Positions 38,636 to 49,092 of a stretch of 64,000 bases of DNA are shown in pieces. The first letter of the stretch is position 1, and every line of letters begins with the position of its first letter. Location: positions 1 to 64,000 of the forward strand of contig OZ271918.1 in NCBI GenBank assembly GCA_965602015.1, in the 5' to 3' direction. The notes under the pieces were generated by a model. That model worked only from the letters and a program-made list of their open reading frames with translations. It had not been told where the DNA came from and did not search any database. The stretch comes from Salinispira sp. (lineage in GTDB: Bacteria; Spirochaetota; Spirochaetia; DSM-27196; Salinispiraceae). A program made the translations under genes and the position numbers.

Positions 38636-39778
38636 ATGAAAAGTGATGCACAGTTTGACTGGCGCCTAACCTTTATTGTCGATGCGGCCTTATTTCTCTT
38701 TCTCGTATTCGCGACAAGTACAGGGATCTTCGGCGCCCTCTTGATAACAGAGCTGTTTATGTGGCTCATCCGCCTGTTCTGGATAAGTCCGGCAATGCTC
38801 CGCTACATCCTCAGGCGATTCCTTCATATGATTCCCATTTTGCTTATGGTAATCGCCATAGGCTTTTTACTGCTCCAGCTGGCACCGGGAGACAGTTTTA
38901 CCCGGCTTTACCTGGAACAGGATATTAGACAGGAAACAATCGACGCATTCCGCGCCCAGTTCGGCCTTGACAGGCCCTGGTACGTTCAGTTTTTCAGATA
39001 TATCTGGAATGTTCTCCAGCTCGACTTCGGGTTCTCAGCGGAATATAAAATCGGTGTCTTCGAAATGGTTCGCCAACGGGCTATACCCACCCTGGAGCTC
39101 TCGCTATCCGCTCTGGTTTTTGCCTGGGGATTGAGTATTCCCATGGGCGTCTTCGCCGCCCAACGGCAGTATAAATGGCAGGACCAGACCATATCGGTAT
39201 TCGCCTTTATCGGTTTGGCAATTCCCAACTTCTTCCTGGCATTTCTCCTGCTGTACTTTGTCACCGCCACATCAGGAGGCATACAAGGAACCTGGCTTCC
39301 AATCGGCGGCCGGACGAGCATCGACCACTCCAGCATGACCTGGATTCAGCAGCGGCTCGATATTATCCGCCATCTGATACTTCCGGTTTTTGTACTAGGT
39401 ACCGGTGCCATGGCCGGTCTCACCCGTATTATGCGGGCCAATATGCTTGAAATCCTCAACCAGCAATATATTGTAACCGCCAGGGCCAAGGGCCAGAGCG
39501 AGAAAAAGGTTGTTTTTCGGCACGCCCTGCGCAATGCCATAAACCCCATGATTACCATCCTCGGGTTCCAAATTGCCAGCATTCTCGGCGGCGCCGCGTT
39601 GACCGAGGCGGTATTGAGCTGGCCGGGACTTGGGCAGCTGGTTCTTCAGGCCATCCTGGCCCAGGACATGTTCCTGGTTATAGGGACCCTGATTTATTCG
39701 ACGGTGCTGTTGGTTGTCGGTAATCTTATGGCCGATATTCTGTTGGCCGTCACCGACCCGCGAGTGAGGATAGGCTGA
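38636..39778 (+). CDS. Peptide ABC permease (OppB/DppB-like)
   Basis: LAPGD, FGLDRP, DFGFS, EAA loop TARAKGQ...RHALRNA, WPGLG, DPRVR. Confidence 0.93.
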   Translation: MKSDAQFDWRLTFIVDAALFLFLVFATSTGIFGALLITELFMWLIRLFWISPAMLRYILRRFLHMIPILLMVIAIGFLLLQLAPGDSFTRLYLEQDIRQETIDAFRAQFGLDRPWYVQFFRYIWNVLQLDFGFSAEYKIGVFEMVRQRAIPTLELSLSALVFAWGLSIPMGVFAAQRQYKWQDQTISVFAFIGLAIPNFFLAFLLLYFVTATSGGIQGTWLPIGGRTSIDHSSMTWIQQRLDIIRHLILPVFVLGTGAMAGLTRIMRANMLEILNQQYIVTARAKGQSEKKVVFRHALRNAINPMITILGFQIASILGGAALTEAVLSWPGLGQLVLQAILAQDMFLVIGTLIYSTVLLVVGNLMADILLAVTDPRVRIG

Positions 39779-41268
39779 TGTTAAAACGATTTTTATTTCC
39801 CCGGAGCCTGTTCGCCGCCGACAAGGGCGACTCCGATAACCAGGCTCCCAGCGGCGCCCAGCAGATGGTGGCCGACAAGACCATGCAGCGCGAGGGTATG
39901 GGGGAGAAACCCGAATCCATGTGGTCCAACTATGTCCGCCGTTTTCGCAAACACAAGCTGGGCATGGTCGGGCTGGTAATTCTTCTGTTCTTTTATTTCC
40001 TCGCACTCTTTGCGGATTTTTTCTCACCGTACACCATGGTGTGGGGCGACAAGACCAAGCCCTATCACGGACCAAGCATTATTAATTTTATCGCTGAGTC
40101 CCCAGACGGCGAAGGCCGGTCCTTCAGGCCCTATGTGTATGAAGAAATCATAACGAATATGGCCTTGAGGACCTACGAGCCGATTCCCTCCCACTCACTC
40201 CGGGCAATCGGAATCGAGGACCGGGTCAGGGTAAACGAAATGAGGGTATTCGCCCTCTCGGAATCCTCGACCAGAAGGGAATCGGAAATAATTGCCGGCG
40301 TTCTCAGGCATTACCGGATTCCCACTGACAGCCCAATGGTCGATGAGCTTCGGCGGGCCATCCGGGACATCGAAGCTGATCAGGATCCCAACGCCAGACG
40401 GGTGCTCGAACTCGGAGAAAACGTTATAAACAACGTTCCCACACCGGTGAATATCATCCTGGCCAAGGGGAACAAGAACTTCTTGAGTTTCTTCTACCGT
40501 GGCGTTCCCTACCGCTTCCTGGGAATGGACGGGGTGAGAAGCAACGTTCACTTTTTCGGATCGAGGACCGGGGGCTACTTCCCCCTCGGCACTGACAAAA
40601 CCGGCCGGGATATGGCCAGTCGCCTGCTGCACGGTTCCAGAATCTCCCTGACCGTCGGTATTTTCGGTTCGCTGATATCTCTCACCCTCGGTCTGATGAT
40701 TGGCGGGCTTGCGGGATATCTGGGCGGAGTGGTGGACAACATCCTGATGCGATTCACCGAGGTGTTGATCTCCATACCCAGTATTTACTTTCTGTTCGCC
40801 CTTCGGGCGGCGCTTCCGACGGACCTGCCGAGTACCTCGGTGTATTTTATTATCGTCATTATTCTGTCCCTTACCGGCTGGTCGACCATCGCGCGGGTTA
40901 TCCGGGGGCAGGTACTGTCCATAAAAACCGAGGACTTCGTGCTCAGCGCCCGAACCATGGGCCTGAACCGTTTCAAAATACTCGTTCGGCACGTCCTGCC
41001 CAACACCATGAGCTACGTGATCATCCAGCTGACCCTTTCCATACCCGGGTATATTCTGGGTGAGAGCGCCCTGAGTCTCCTGGGGCTCGGAATTACCGAA
41101 CCCCAGTCCAGTTGGGGACTTATGCTGGCAGTCGCGCGAAACTTCCGAGTTGTCCGGGATTTTCCCTGGGTTCTTTTTCCGGGATTCCTCATCTTCCTGG
41201 CGATACTCGCGTGGAACTTCTTCGGCGACGGCGTTCGCGACGCCCTGGACCCCAAGAGCAAACACTAA
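39778..41268 (+). CDS. Peptide ABC permease (OppC/DppC-like) with large extracytoplasmic insert
   Basis: LGTDKTGRD..SRL..GSRISL, SARTMG...RHVLPN, SWGLML, GDGVRDALDP. Confidence 0.92.
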   Translation: MLKRFLFPRSLFAADKGDSDNQAPSGAQQMVADKTMQREGMGEKPESMWSNYVRRFRKHKLGMVGLVILLFFYFLALFADFFSPYTMVWGDKTKPYHGPSIINFIAESPDGEGRSFRPYVYEEIITNMALRTYEPIPSHSLRAIGIEDRVRVNEMRVFALSESSTRRESEIIAGVLRHYRIPTDSPMVDELRRAIRDIEADQDPNARRVLELGENVINNVPTPVNIILAKGNKNFLSFFYRGVPYRFLGMDGVRSNVHFFGSRTGGYFPLGTDKTGRDMASRLLHGSRISLTVGIFGSLISLTLGLMIGGLAGYLGGVVDNILMRFTEVLISIPSIYFLFALRAALPTDLPSTSVYFIIVIILSLTGWSTIARVIRGQVLSIKTEDFVLSARTMGLNRFKILVRHVLPNTMSYVIIQLTLSIPGYILGESALSLLGLGITEPQSSWGLMLAVARNFRVVRDFPWVLFPGFLIFLAILAWNFFGDGVRDALDPKSKH

Positions 41269-41279
41269 GAGGCCTTATT

Positions 41280-42395
41280 ATGAAACCATTATTGGATATA
41301 AAAGATTTACGGACCTACTTCTTTATGCCCGGCTATGTTGTCCGGGCAGTGGACGGTATCTCCCTCACCGTCCATGAAGGGGAAACCGTCGGAATAGTCG
41401 GTGAGTCGGGTTGCGGCAAAAGCCAGACCTCCATGTCCGTCATGGGGTTGGTTCCCTCTCCTCCGGGTCGAATTGTTTCCGGTGAAATAAACTTCGGAAC
41501 CCGTGGCGACCTTACGAAGCTGGATGAAGAGGAGTACCGGAAGGTCCGGGGAAATGATATTTCCATGATTTTCCAGGAGCCCATGACTAGCCTTAACCCG
41601 GTGTTCACCATCGGTTTTCAGATTACCGAAGCCCTGCTTCTTCACCGCAATATGAGCGAGGCGGACGCAATGGAAGAGGCCGCCCGGCTCCTGAAGCTGG
41701 TGGGCATTTCCGATGAAAAAGAACGGTTGAAGGAATATCCCTTCCAGCTCTCCGGCGGCCTGCGACAGCGGGTCATGATCGCCATGGCAATGGCCTGCCA
41801 GCCCCGACTGATGATCGCCGATGAGCCAACCACGGCCCTTGACGTAACCATTCAGGCACAGATTCTCCGGTTGATGAAGCAGCTCACTGAAGAGCAGAAC
41901 ATGGCCACCATGTTTATTACCCATGACCTTGCGGTAATCGCCAGTTTTACCCAACGGGTGGTCGTTATGTACGCCGGGGTAATAGTCGAGGATTCGCCGG
42001 TCATGGAAATCTTCAAAAAGCCGCTGCATCCCTACACCCAGGGACTTCTGGGTTCCATACCGGTTCTCGGACAGGGCAGCAGGGATGAAATGGGCAAGCG
42101 CAAGCTCCTCAAGGCGATTCCCGGCAGTCTCCCCGACACCCGTCAGCTCACCAAGGGCTGCAAATTCGCTTCCCGCTGTCCCAAGGCAATGCCGAAGTGC
42201 TGGGAAGCCGAACCGGCCCTTGTTGAGGTTGAAAACGGCCGTAAGGTGCGTTGTTACCTCTACAGCGACGAGGTGAGGGAAAGTCAGTCCATTACTGATA
42301 TCGATACGCTTACGGATTTCGGCGGGCGGGCCTGGCGCAACGAATACGACCGCCAGGAGAAAAAACGAGAGAAAAAATCGGAGGCCCGGTCGTGA
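41280..42395 (+). CDS. Peptide ABC ATPase (OppD/DppD-like)
   Basis: GESGCGKS, FQEPMTSLNP, LSGGLRQR, DEPTTALD, HPYT, GCKFASRC. Confidence 0.93.
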   Translation: MKPLLDIKDLRTYFFMPGYVVRAVDGISLTVHEGETVGIVGESGCGKSQTSMSVMGLVPSPPGRIVSGEINFGTRGDLTKLDEEEYRKVRGNDISMIFQEPMTSLNPVFTIGFQITEALLLHRNMSEADAMEEAARLLKLVGISDEKERLKEYPFQLSGGLRQRVMIAMAMACQPRLMIADEPTTALDVTIQAQILRLMKQLTEEQNMATMFITHDLAVIASFTQRVVVMYAGVIVEDSPVMEIFKKPLHPYTQGLLGSIPVLGQGSRDEMGKRKLLKAIPGSLPDTRQLTKGCKFASRCPKAMPKCWEAEPALVEVENGRKVRCYLYSDEVRESQSITDIDTLTDFGGRAWRNEYDRQEKKREKKSEARS

Positions 42396-43549
42396 GCACG
42401 GATAACGCATACAAAGATACGGTGCTGAAGGTTCAGCGGCTGGAGAAGTATTTCCCCGTCAAGGCCTCGTATTTCTCAAATCAGAGCCTCATTCTCAAAG
42501 CCGTCGACGGTGTCAATTTTGATCTCCGCAGAGGAGAAACCCTGGGGCTTGTCGGCGAATCGGGCTGCGGAAAAACAACCGTGGGCCGGTCGGTCCTGCG
42601 CCTCTATGATCCCGACGAAGGGAGGGTGTATCTCAATCCCCAAAGCTCAGTTGTGGATCAGGTCGACGCCCTTGACCTCGAGCGACTGACCATCAGGGAC
42701 GAATACAACACCCGCTTTGCCGACGGCGAAAGTGCCGCCGCCTTGCGGCCGCTTAAGGGCAAAATGAAGAGCCTCAAGAAGCAGGCTGATGAGATAGCCC
42801 GGGAAACCGACCTTCTCACCATGAACAGTGAAAACTTAAAGGCTGCCAGACGCCAAATTCAGATGATCTTTCAGGATCCCTGGGCGAGCCTGAATCCCCA
42901 TATGATGGTTAAAGACATCATCGGCGAGGGACCCAAAGAGTTCAATCTTCACCGGGGCAGCAGCCTTGACGGCTGGGTTATGGAGCTTCTCGACCGGGTG
43001 GGCCTTCCGAAGGCCGCGGCAAACCGCTACCCACATGAATTTTCCGGCGGGCAGCGTCAACGTATTTGCATAGCACGGGCACTGGCCCTGACGCCTAACG
43101 TGGTTGTGTGCGACGAGCCGGTTTCAGCTCTGGACGTATCTATCCAGGCCCAGGTATTAAACCTGCTTATCGGACTGCAACAGGATTTTGACCTCACCTA
43201 CCTGTTCATCGCTCATGACCTGTCAGTGGTCGAGTATATTTCCGACAGGGTCTCTGTTATGTACTTGGGCAAGATGTCCGAGACTGCCACTTCCAAACAG
43301 CTTTACAGTAATCCCCGGCATCCATACACCCAGAGCCTGTTGTCTGCGGTTCCCGTCGCCGACCCTACGGTGCAAAGCGCAAACACCCCCCTGACCGGCG
43401 ATGTGCCGAGTCCGGTGAATCCGCCGAGCGGCTGCAGCTTCCACACCCGCTGCCCCTATGCGACTGATGTCTGCAAAGAGGTGACGCCCACGCTTGAAAA
43501 GGATCAGGACGGACACCGCATAGCCTGTCATAACCCGCCGAACGGTTGA
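42392..43549 (+). CDS. Peptide ABC ATPase (OppF/DppF-like) with helical insertion
   Basis: [45 protein letters not shown]. Confidence 0.93.
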   Translation: MSTDNAYKDTVLKVQRLEKYFPVKASYFSNQSLILKAVDGVNFDLRRGETLGLVGESGCGKTTVGRSVLRLYDPDEGRVYLNPQSSVVDQVDALDLERLTIRDEYNTRFADGESAAALRPLKGKMKSLKKQADEIARETDLLTMNSENLKAARRQIQMIFQDPWASLNPHMMVKDIIGEGPKEFNLHRGSSLDGWVMELLDRVGLPKAAANRYPHEFSGGQRQRICIARALALTPNVVVCDEPVSALDVSIQAQVLNLLIGLQQDFDLTYLFIAHDLSVVEYISDRVSVMYLGKMSETATSKQLYSNPRHPYTQSLLSAVPVADPTVQSANTPLTGDVPSPVNPPSGCSFHTRCPYATDVCKEVTPTLEKDQDGHRIACHNPPNG

Positions 43550-43561
43550 GCGACTTTATAT

Positions 43562-43591
43562 AAACGGCCCTGTATTTCGGGGCCGTTTTTT
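43562..43591 (+). terminator. Rho-independent terminator
   Basis: AAACGGCCC-tgtatttcg-GGGCCGTTT followed by further Ts. Confidence 0.8.
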
Positions 43592-43605
43592 CGTATTATA
43601 GTGCC

Positions 43606-44166
43606 ATGATCAGAATACGCAGCCGCATCGCCGCTGCTCACAGTAAAAACGGCGACTTCGTGATTCAAAGAAAATTGCTCGGCAGGCTTTTTAACGGAGC
43701 CATGGTTCTTGTGCTCAGTATTGCGGTGTTGCTCGCCCTGCTAAATGGTGAATCAATCAGCAATGCGGGAATAGTTATTTTTGGCATTATCTTCCTGGCA
43801 ACCCTGTTTAATGCCGGAGAGAACAAGGTGTACCGCTTTTCCGGGAGCGAAGGCCGCCTGACTATTACCCACAGTTTTCTTGGCCTGCGCTTGAAGAGGG
43901 TCGATATTCCCCTTTCAGCCCTCATGCGTGTTATGGTAACCGGGGTTGAATTCAACAGTTTTTCTCCCCGCCGTAAGAATCCCGGAATTTACAAACTGCA
44001 GGTCAGGATCGACCTTGAACGGCTTGAGGACAATACCGGACGGTTGGCCGGCAAGCTGACCCTTGAAGACTCCACCGATGCCCTTGAGCTTCATAACAGC
44101 GGCTCGGCGCTTGCTTCCTACCTCGACATCGATTTCGAATCAGAGTACCAAAGTCCCGGGGTATAG
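43606..44166 (+). CDS. Hypothetical two-TM protein
   Basis: Two N-terminal TM helices then a beta-rich soluble domain. Confidence 0.6.
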   Translation: MIRIRSRIAAAHSKNGDFVIQRKLLGRLFNGAMVLVLSIAVLLALLNGESISNAGIVIFGIIFLATLFNAGENKVYRFSGSEGRLTITHSFLGLRLKRVDIPLSALMRVMVTGVEFNSFSPRRKNPGIYKLQVRIDLERLEDNTGRLAGKLTLEDSTDALELHNSGSALASYLDIDFESEYQSPGV

Positions 44167-45279
44167 AAGGGAGAAAACAGCCCCCTTTCCGGGCTCTGAT
44201 TCGAACTCCACGGCAGCCCCGAGCTCATTGGCGAAGTCCCTGCAGATAATCAACCCGATTCCCGTTCCCTTCTCCTTCTCGGTTCCCTGAGTGGTCGGAT
44301 TTTTCTCGATATCAAAGAGATCATCTTTGACCAAAGGATCTACGCCGATTCCCCGGTCTTTCACGCACACCGCCAGGCCGCCGTCGCGCTTTTGGTCGAA
44401 TATCTCGATGTTACCGCACCGAAATGAGAATTTAACCGCGTTACTGACAAAGTTCCTGATAATGAGGGAACTGAGAACCTCATCGCTTTGCACAAAAACC
44501 GCGGGATCGATGTTGATTTCCAGAGTGAGCTCTTTGCTTTCCAGGGTATGGTACATACTGTTGAGAATCTCCTGGGCCAGACTGTACAGATGAAGCTTCT
44601 GACTGCGGATCTTAAGTTTTCCCCGCTGGTTCTTCGACCATGTAATGAGGTTGTCGAACAGTTCGCGGGTCTCGGTTAGCCCGCTGCTCAACTGTCTGAG
44701 GTGGTCCGCAAGGCTTTCGCGGTTCATTGACTTAACATCGTCGTTGAATAGCTCATAGACAGAAATGAGGGACGAGAACTGATTGCGTATTTCATGGGCG
44801 ATTATTGAGAGGACCCGGTCCTTGATTCCTATTTGACTGTCCAGCTCCCGGCGCTGGGCGATTATCCGCAGATGTGATTCGACCCGGCTGAGCATTTCGT
44901 ATCTGCTGAACGGTTTGGGAATGTAATCAACGGCTCCCAGTTCGAATGCCCGGGCCACCGAGTCATCATCGCCCTTGGCAGTTATAAAAATGACTGGGAT
45001 GTCTTTTGTCGCGGAGTTTTTTTTGAGTTGCGCGCATACCTCGAACCCGTCGCTTCCCGGGAGAATGATGTCCAGAAGAATGAGATCGACGCTGCCCGAA
45101 ACGGCTATATCGATCCCCCGTTCTCCGTCCGGAGCGCTTATACAGTCGATGCCCTGATCCTGGAGGATAACCCTTATCAGTTCTATGACATCTGGAGCAT
45201 CATCAACAATGAGGACGGTAAATGCCTGATTAAAAATAATAATCGTCCTCCCGCTTTGCCTGAGCTCACCACTCACCAC
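44140..45279 (-). CDS. Hybrid response regulator / histidine kinase
   Basis: REC (VLIVDD, LLDIILP, KPF), H-box AHEIRN, NFVSNAVKF, DRGIG, GTGIGL. Confidence 0.92.
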   Translation of the reverse strand: MVSGELRQSGRTIIIFNQAFTVLIVDDAPDVIELIRVILQDQGIDCISAPDGERGIDIAVSGSVDLILLDIILPGSDGFEVCAQLKKNSATKDIPVIFITAKGDDDSVARAFELGAVDYIPKPFSRYEMLSRVESHLRIIAQRRELDSQIGIKDRVLSIIAHEIRNQFSSLISVYELFNDDVKSMNRESLADHLRQLSSGLTETRELFDNLITWSKNQRGKLKIRSQKLHLYSLAQEILNSMYHTLESKELTLEINIDPAVFVQSDEVLSSLIIRNFVSNAVKFSFRCGNIEIFDQKRDGGLAVCVKDRGIGVDPLVKDDLFDIEKNPTTQGTEKEKGTGIGLIICRDFANELGAAVEFESEPGKGAVFSLLYPGTLVL

Positions 45280-45369
45280 TCACCGTTCACCAGGCGTCGG
45301 TAATCTGTTCCCGGCCGGTGTGCTGGCTAAACCAAGTATAGTTCAGGGCGACGGCGATCGCCAGAATGA

Positions 45370-46872
45370 TTACAGGAGCTCACGGCGAAGCCGTTCTTTT
45401 TCGACTTCGGTCGATTCATCGTGCGATGGACCGTTTTTCTCGTTCTGTATGATGGCGGACAGACGGGAAAGCTTGTCCCTGTTTAGCGGATACTTCCTGA
45501 TGAGGAAATACAGCATCCCCAGGATTACTATGGGCATGACAATCATGAGAGCCTGAATTGCGCCTATGGCGTTATACGGTTGTGCTATGGCACCCGTGGC
45601 AGGGCTTATCACATTTGCCCCGCTCTGCGCTGTTTGGTAACCGGATAGGTGGAGGGTAAGTCCCGCAGCAAGCACGGCGCCAGCCCGGGATATTCTGCGC
45701 AGGGTTCGGATCAATACGGTCAGGCCGCGGGGTATTCGTTTTTGAGCCGTCAATGAGAACACGCGTACCAGATCCCTATACATAAGATTGGGCAGGGAAA
45801 TAGTCCCGCCGCTGCCAAAGCCTGCCAGGGCTGCTGCCCCGCCCACCGCCCATGACGGCCACTGGGAATTAATTCTCGAGAGGGCGAATATACCGGCGAG
45901 CCAGATAAGTAAAAAGGCCGCCAAGGTCTCAGGCTTGTCCAATTTGCTCGCCAACGGAGCAGATAGCGCCGCTGCCAACACGGTACCTAGTGCCAAGGCT
46001 CCAAGGGCAAGTTCCACGTTATCCGGTCGTCCCTGCGAGCACTGCACATAGTACGTGAAGACCGAGGAAGTGAGCATGTGAATCAGCGAGATACAGACCA
46101 GTATTCCGGCAAACAGCCTGAAGCTCTTTACGCGGAATGGCTCGAACAGGCTCCTCATGCGGACTCTGCTGCCAGGTATCCGGGAATACCCTTTATTCTG
46201 AGGTAAAACGGCAATAACCAGAAAGGGTAAGGCCAACAGTGCGCCGATGAGTATTGCCGGAAGCTGGAGATTGCCGTGCGCATTTTGAAAGCCTGACAGA
46301 ATACGCCAGGCAAAAACGGCGGTGAACATAGCTGATAGAGCGCGTACAACATGCCTGCCGTTGACAAAGAAGGTTTGCGTTAAGCCGCCGGTATGCATGC
46401 TCCTGCCAAATGGCAGGTACGGCGTGGTCACCATTGAGTACGCGCTTGAGTACAACAGGAAAGCCAGTAATGCCGTGACTGTCTGTGCTGTCGAACTGGA
46501 CATTTCTGCAGGAAGGGCCAAGAGGAGAAACGAAATCGGTATGAGGAGGGCACCGGCGGCCATTATGTACGTGCCGGAAAGCATGTTGCCGCGGCGGCTG
46601 CGGATTGCAGACCTCAGCATGATGTCCGCGCCTAGGCTCCACAACATGGCCAAAGCTGCAATAATCCCGGAAATATGGGCGCTGATTCCAACGCCGTCGG
46701 TGAGGTAACGAAGGGAGAACAGGCCTGTCAGGCTCCAAGATGCTCCGACAAACGCTTCCCCGGCTATAACAGGCAGTTCCGCGCGTGTGCCTGAATCCTG
46801 TGCTTTATGGCGGCGTACAATGATAATTCGCCTCCTTTTGTCTGGGGTTTTGCTTAGCGCCGAGGCTGGCAT
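45370..46872 (-). CDS. MFS transporter, GPH/MelB-like
   Basis: About 12 TM; YLTD.VGI, YSMVTTPY, SGY, YPL motifs; start uncertain. Confidence 0.75.
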   Translation of the reverse strand: MPASALSKTPDKRRRIIIVRRHKAQDSGTRAELPVIAGEAFVGASWSLTGLFSLRYLTDGVGISAHISGIIAALAMLWSLGADIMLRSAIRSRRGNMLSGTYIMAAGALLIPISFLLLALPAEMSSSTAQTVTALLAFLLYSSAYSMVTTPYLPFGRSMHTGGLTQTFFVNGRHVVRALSAMFTAVFAWRILSGFQNAHGNLQLPAILIGALLALPFLVIAVLPQNKGYSRIPGSRVRMRSLFEPFRVKSFRLFAGILVCISLIHMLTSSVFTYYVQCSQGRPDNVELALGALALGTVLAAALSAPLASKLDKPETLAAFLLIWLAGIFALSRINSQWPSWAVGGAAALAGFGSGGTISLPNLMYRDLVRVFSLTAQKRIPRGLTVLIRTLRRISRAGAVLAAGLTLHLSGYQTAQSGANVISPATGAIAQPYNAIGAIQALMIVMPIVILGMLYFLIRKYPLNRDKLSRLSAIIQNEKNGPSHDESTEVEKERLRRELL

Positions 46873-46928
46873 AAGCGCTGTTTCTGTATAATACTTATAG
46901 CCTAAAATACTAATCAAAAGGTAGCCGC

Positions 46929-47282
46929 GTGGTTCTCGTCGCCGAAGATGAAGCAATAAACAGAATGTATATATGTTCCCTGCTCCACCGAAGGAATATC
47001 AGCTACCGGGAGGCTGCCAGCGGCCAGGCAGCCCTCGAACTGGTTACGGGGGGCGAGTACGAGCTTCTCCTCCTGGATCTTGGTCTGCCCGATATGGACG
47101 GATATGATTTGCTTGCTCAAATTCGCCTCGCCGGCATTGCCGCTCCTGCGGTTGCGGTCACCGGCAGGGATTATCCCGAAGATCAGGATGCAATGCAGAA
47201 AGCGGGATTTCAGGGAATCATTGCCAAACCCATACAGGAATACGTATTTTGGGATGAGATAGAGAAACATCTCACAACCTGA
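46929..47282 (+). CDS. Single-domain response regulator
   Basis: LVAEDE, LLLDLGLPDMDG, VTG, AKP. Confidence 0.85.
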   Translation: MVLVAEDEAINRMYICSLLHRRNISYREAASGQAALELVTGGEYELLLLDLGLPDMDGYDLLAQIRLAGIAAPAVAVTGRDYPEDQDAMQKAGFQGIIAKPIQEYVFWDEIEKHLTT

Positions 47283-47293
47283 TGGAGGCAATT

Positions 47294-47791
47294 ATGGTTA
47301 CATTTCACGGAGAAGGCGTTCAATTCAGCGGCACATTCCCCGGCAAGGGGGATGCCCTAACGGATTTTCATTTGACCGACAGTTCTCTCGCGGATCACCG
47401 GCTCAGCGATTTTGCGGGTAAAACCCTTATACTCAATATCTTCCCCAGCGTGGACACCGGCGTGTGCGCAGCATCGGTCCGGGAGTTCAACAAGCGGGCT
47501 GCGGCCCTCGGCGATAATGTGCGCGTACTGTGCATTTCCAAGGATCTGCCCTTCGCCCATGCGAGGTTTTGCAGCGCAGAGGGAATTGAAAACGTCCTCA
47601 GCCTCTCGGCCTTCCGGGATCCGGATTTTGCCAAGCGCTACGGGCTGGAAATGACCAATACCAAATTAGCGGGACTCATGGGCCGGGCGGTTATTGTGGC
47701 CGGCGCCGACGGAACCGTTACATACACCGAACTTGTTCCGGATATCGGACAGGAGCCGGATTATGAAAAGGCCCTGGCTGCCGCTAAGTGA
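47294..47791 (+). CDS. tpx: Thiol peroxidase Tpx
   Basis: FPSVDTGVC, ISKDLPFAHARFC, EPDYE. Confidence 0.95.
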   Translation: MVTFHGEGVQFSGTFPGKGDALTDFHLTDSSLADHRLSDFAGKTLILNIFPSVDTGVCAASVREFNKRAAALGDNVRVLCISKDLPFAHARFCSAEGIENVLSLSAFRDPDFAKRYGLEMTNTKLAGLMGRAVIVAGADGTVTYTELVPDIGQEPDYEKALAAAK

Positions 47792-47834
47792 GAGGACCTT
47801 GCTTCAAGCATAGTGATCCGGTAAGCTTCACAGC

Positions 47835-49001
47835 ATGAATCCCTCAGCCTTTAATTACCGCGATTACATAAAGCATACGTTGCGGAATCTCTTTTGCGCC
47901 CCTGATACCCGGATACGGAGCCATCGCCTCCATACGACGTGGACGCTGGTTCAGGTTTTTGGCTTCCCAGTTTTTCAGATATGGAATTGGACCTTTTTAT
48001 ATCTCGACAGGATATTCAGGCGAGGCGTTGAGAGCCTGGAAATACAGAAACCGGTGTATATTATCGGGAGCTTCCGTTCCGGATCAACCTTCCTTCAGCG
48101 CCTTATGGGGATGGATGAACAGACCTTTTCATCGGGCACGACCTGGGAGATGATGTTTGCGCCGTCGGTGCTTCAGCGTCAGCTGGTAAAGGGACTGTTT
48201 ACCGTCGATAAATGGCTGGGCAAACCGTTAAGAAGATTGCTGTACATCGCCGAAGGCGAGGTGTTTCACGAGAAATCCGCTCACAAAATGGGTCTTTTAC
48301 ACCATGAGGAGGATGAAGCATTTCTCATCCACAACTACGCCAGCTGCTTCCTCCTGTTCGTGAATCCATATCTGGAGGATGCGCTGAAATACTACCGCTT
48401 TGACAGCAGCGTTGACCGGCACCAGCGTAAGCTGGATATGGATTTTTATCACGGAATGATACAGCGTCACATGTTCGCCCACCCGGAATCAAAGCGGTAT
48501 CTTTCTAAGAGCCCGACGTTTAGTTCCCGGTTCCTGAGTCTGTACGAGTTGTACCCCGACGCCCGCTTTGTCTATCTGGCCCGTCATCCCCTGGATGTCA
48601 TACCGTCGCTGATGAACTGGTTCACCCAGGTGTGGAACAGCATAGAAAAGCCCAATGTCCGCTTCCCGTTCCGGGATTTTGTCGTTGATTTCGTCGAGCA
48701 TTGGTATGTCGATGCCCTGGAAGCCTTGAGAGCTATTCCCGAAGATCAGGTAAAAATCGTCGCCTACGATGATCTGGTCGGCGACCCGTTTCACACTGTG
48801 GAGTCCATATACGCGTTTATCGGGGAACCCATGCCAGACGAGTACCGTGATACCCTGTCTCACGAAAAAGCCCGGGCAAAGCGCACATGGAAGCCGAAGA
48901 TTCACAGCCTGGAGATAGACGATTTGGATCCCCATGAAATCCGCCGGCGCTTCGAACCGGTGTTTGAACGCTTCGGATTTACCCTCGAGGAGTATGTCTG
49001 A
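47835..49001 (+). CDS. Sulfotransferase family protein
   Basis: PVYIIGSFRSGSTFL (PAPS loop), LSKSP, YPDARFVYLARHP..S, YDDLVGDP. Confidence 0.85.
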   Translation: MNPSAFNYRDYIKHTLRNLFCAPDTRIRSHRLHTTWTLVQVFGFPVFQIWNWTFLYLDRIFRRGVESLEIQKPVYIIGSFRSGSTFLQRLMGMDEQTFSSGTTWEMMFAPSVLQRQLVKGLFTVDKWLGKPLRRLLYIAEGEVFHEKSAHKMGLLHHEEDEAFLIHNYASCFLLFVNPYLEDALKYYRFDSSVDRHQRKLDMDFYHGMIQRHMFAHPESKRYLSKSPTFSSRFLSLYELYPDARFVYLARHPLDVIPSLMNWFTQVWNSIEKPNVRFPFRDFVVDFVEHWYVDALEALRAIPEDQVKIVAYDDLVGDPFHTVESIYAFIGEPMPDEYRDTLSHEKARAKRTWKPKIHSLEIDDLDPHEIRRRFEPVFERFGFTLEEYV

Positions 49002-49024
49002 GGGTAAAACCCTTCACCCTCAGA
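48997..49024. terminator. Hairpin between convergent genes
   Basis: TCTGAGGGT-aaaacccttc-ACCCTCAGA. Confidence 0.45.
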
Positions 49025-49092
49025 TGGGACAATAAAAACCGTAAATCCGAACCGGCTTCGCTCATTGCATAATCAAAGTGCTCATTGCAATA

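Noticed and set aside
42630..42830. Intein in the OppF-like ATPase
   Set aside because: The insert lacks an N-terminal Cys/Ser splice motif and the C-terminal His-Asn, and is too short
49060..49090. GCTCATTGCA direct repeat
   Set aside because: Only two 10-bp copies between convergent gene ends, with no supportable function
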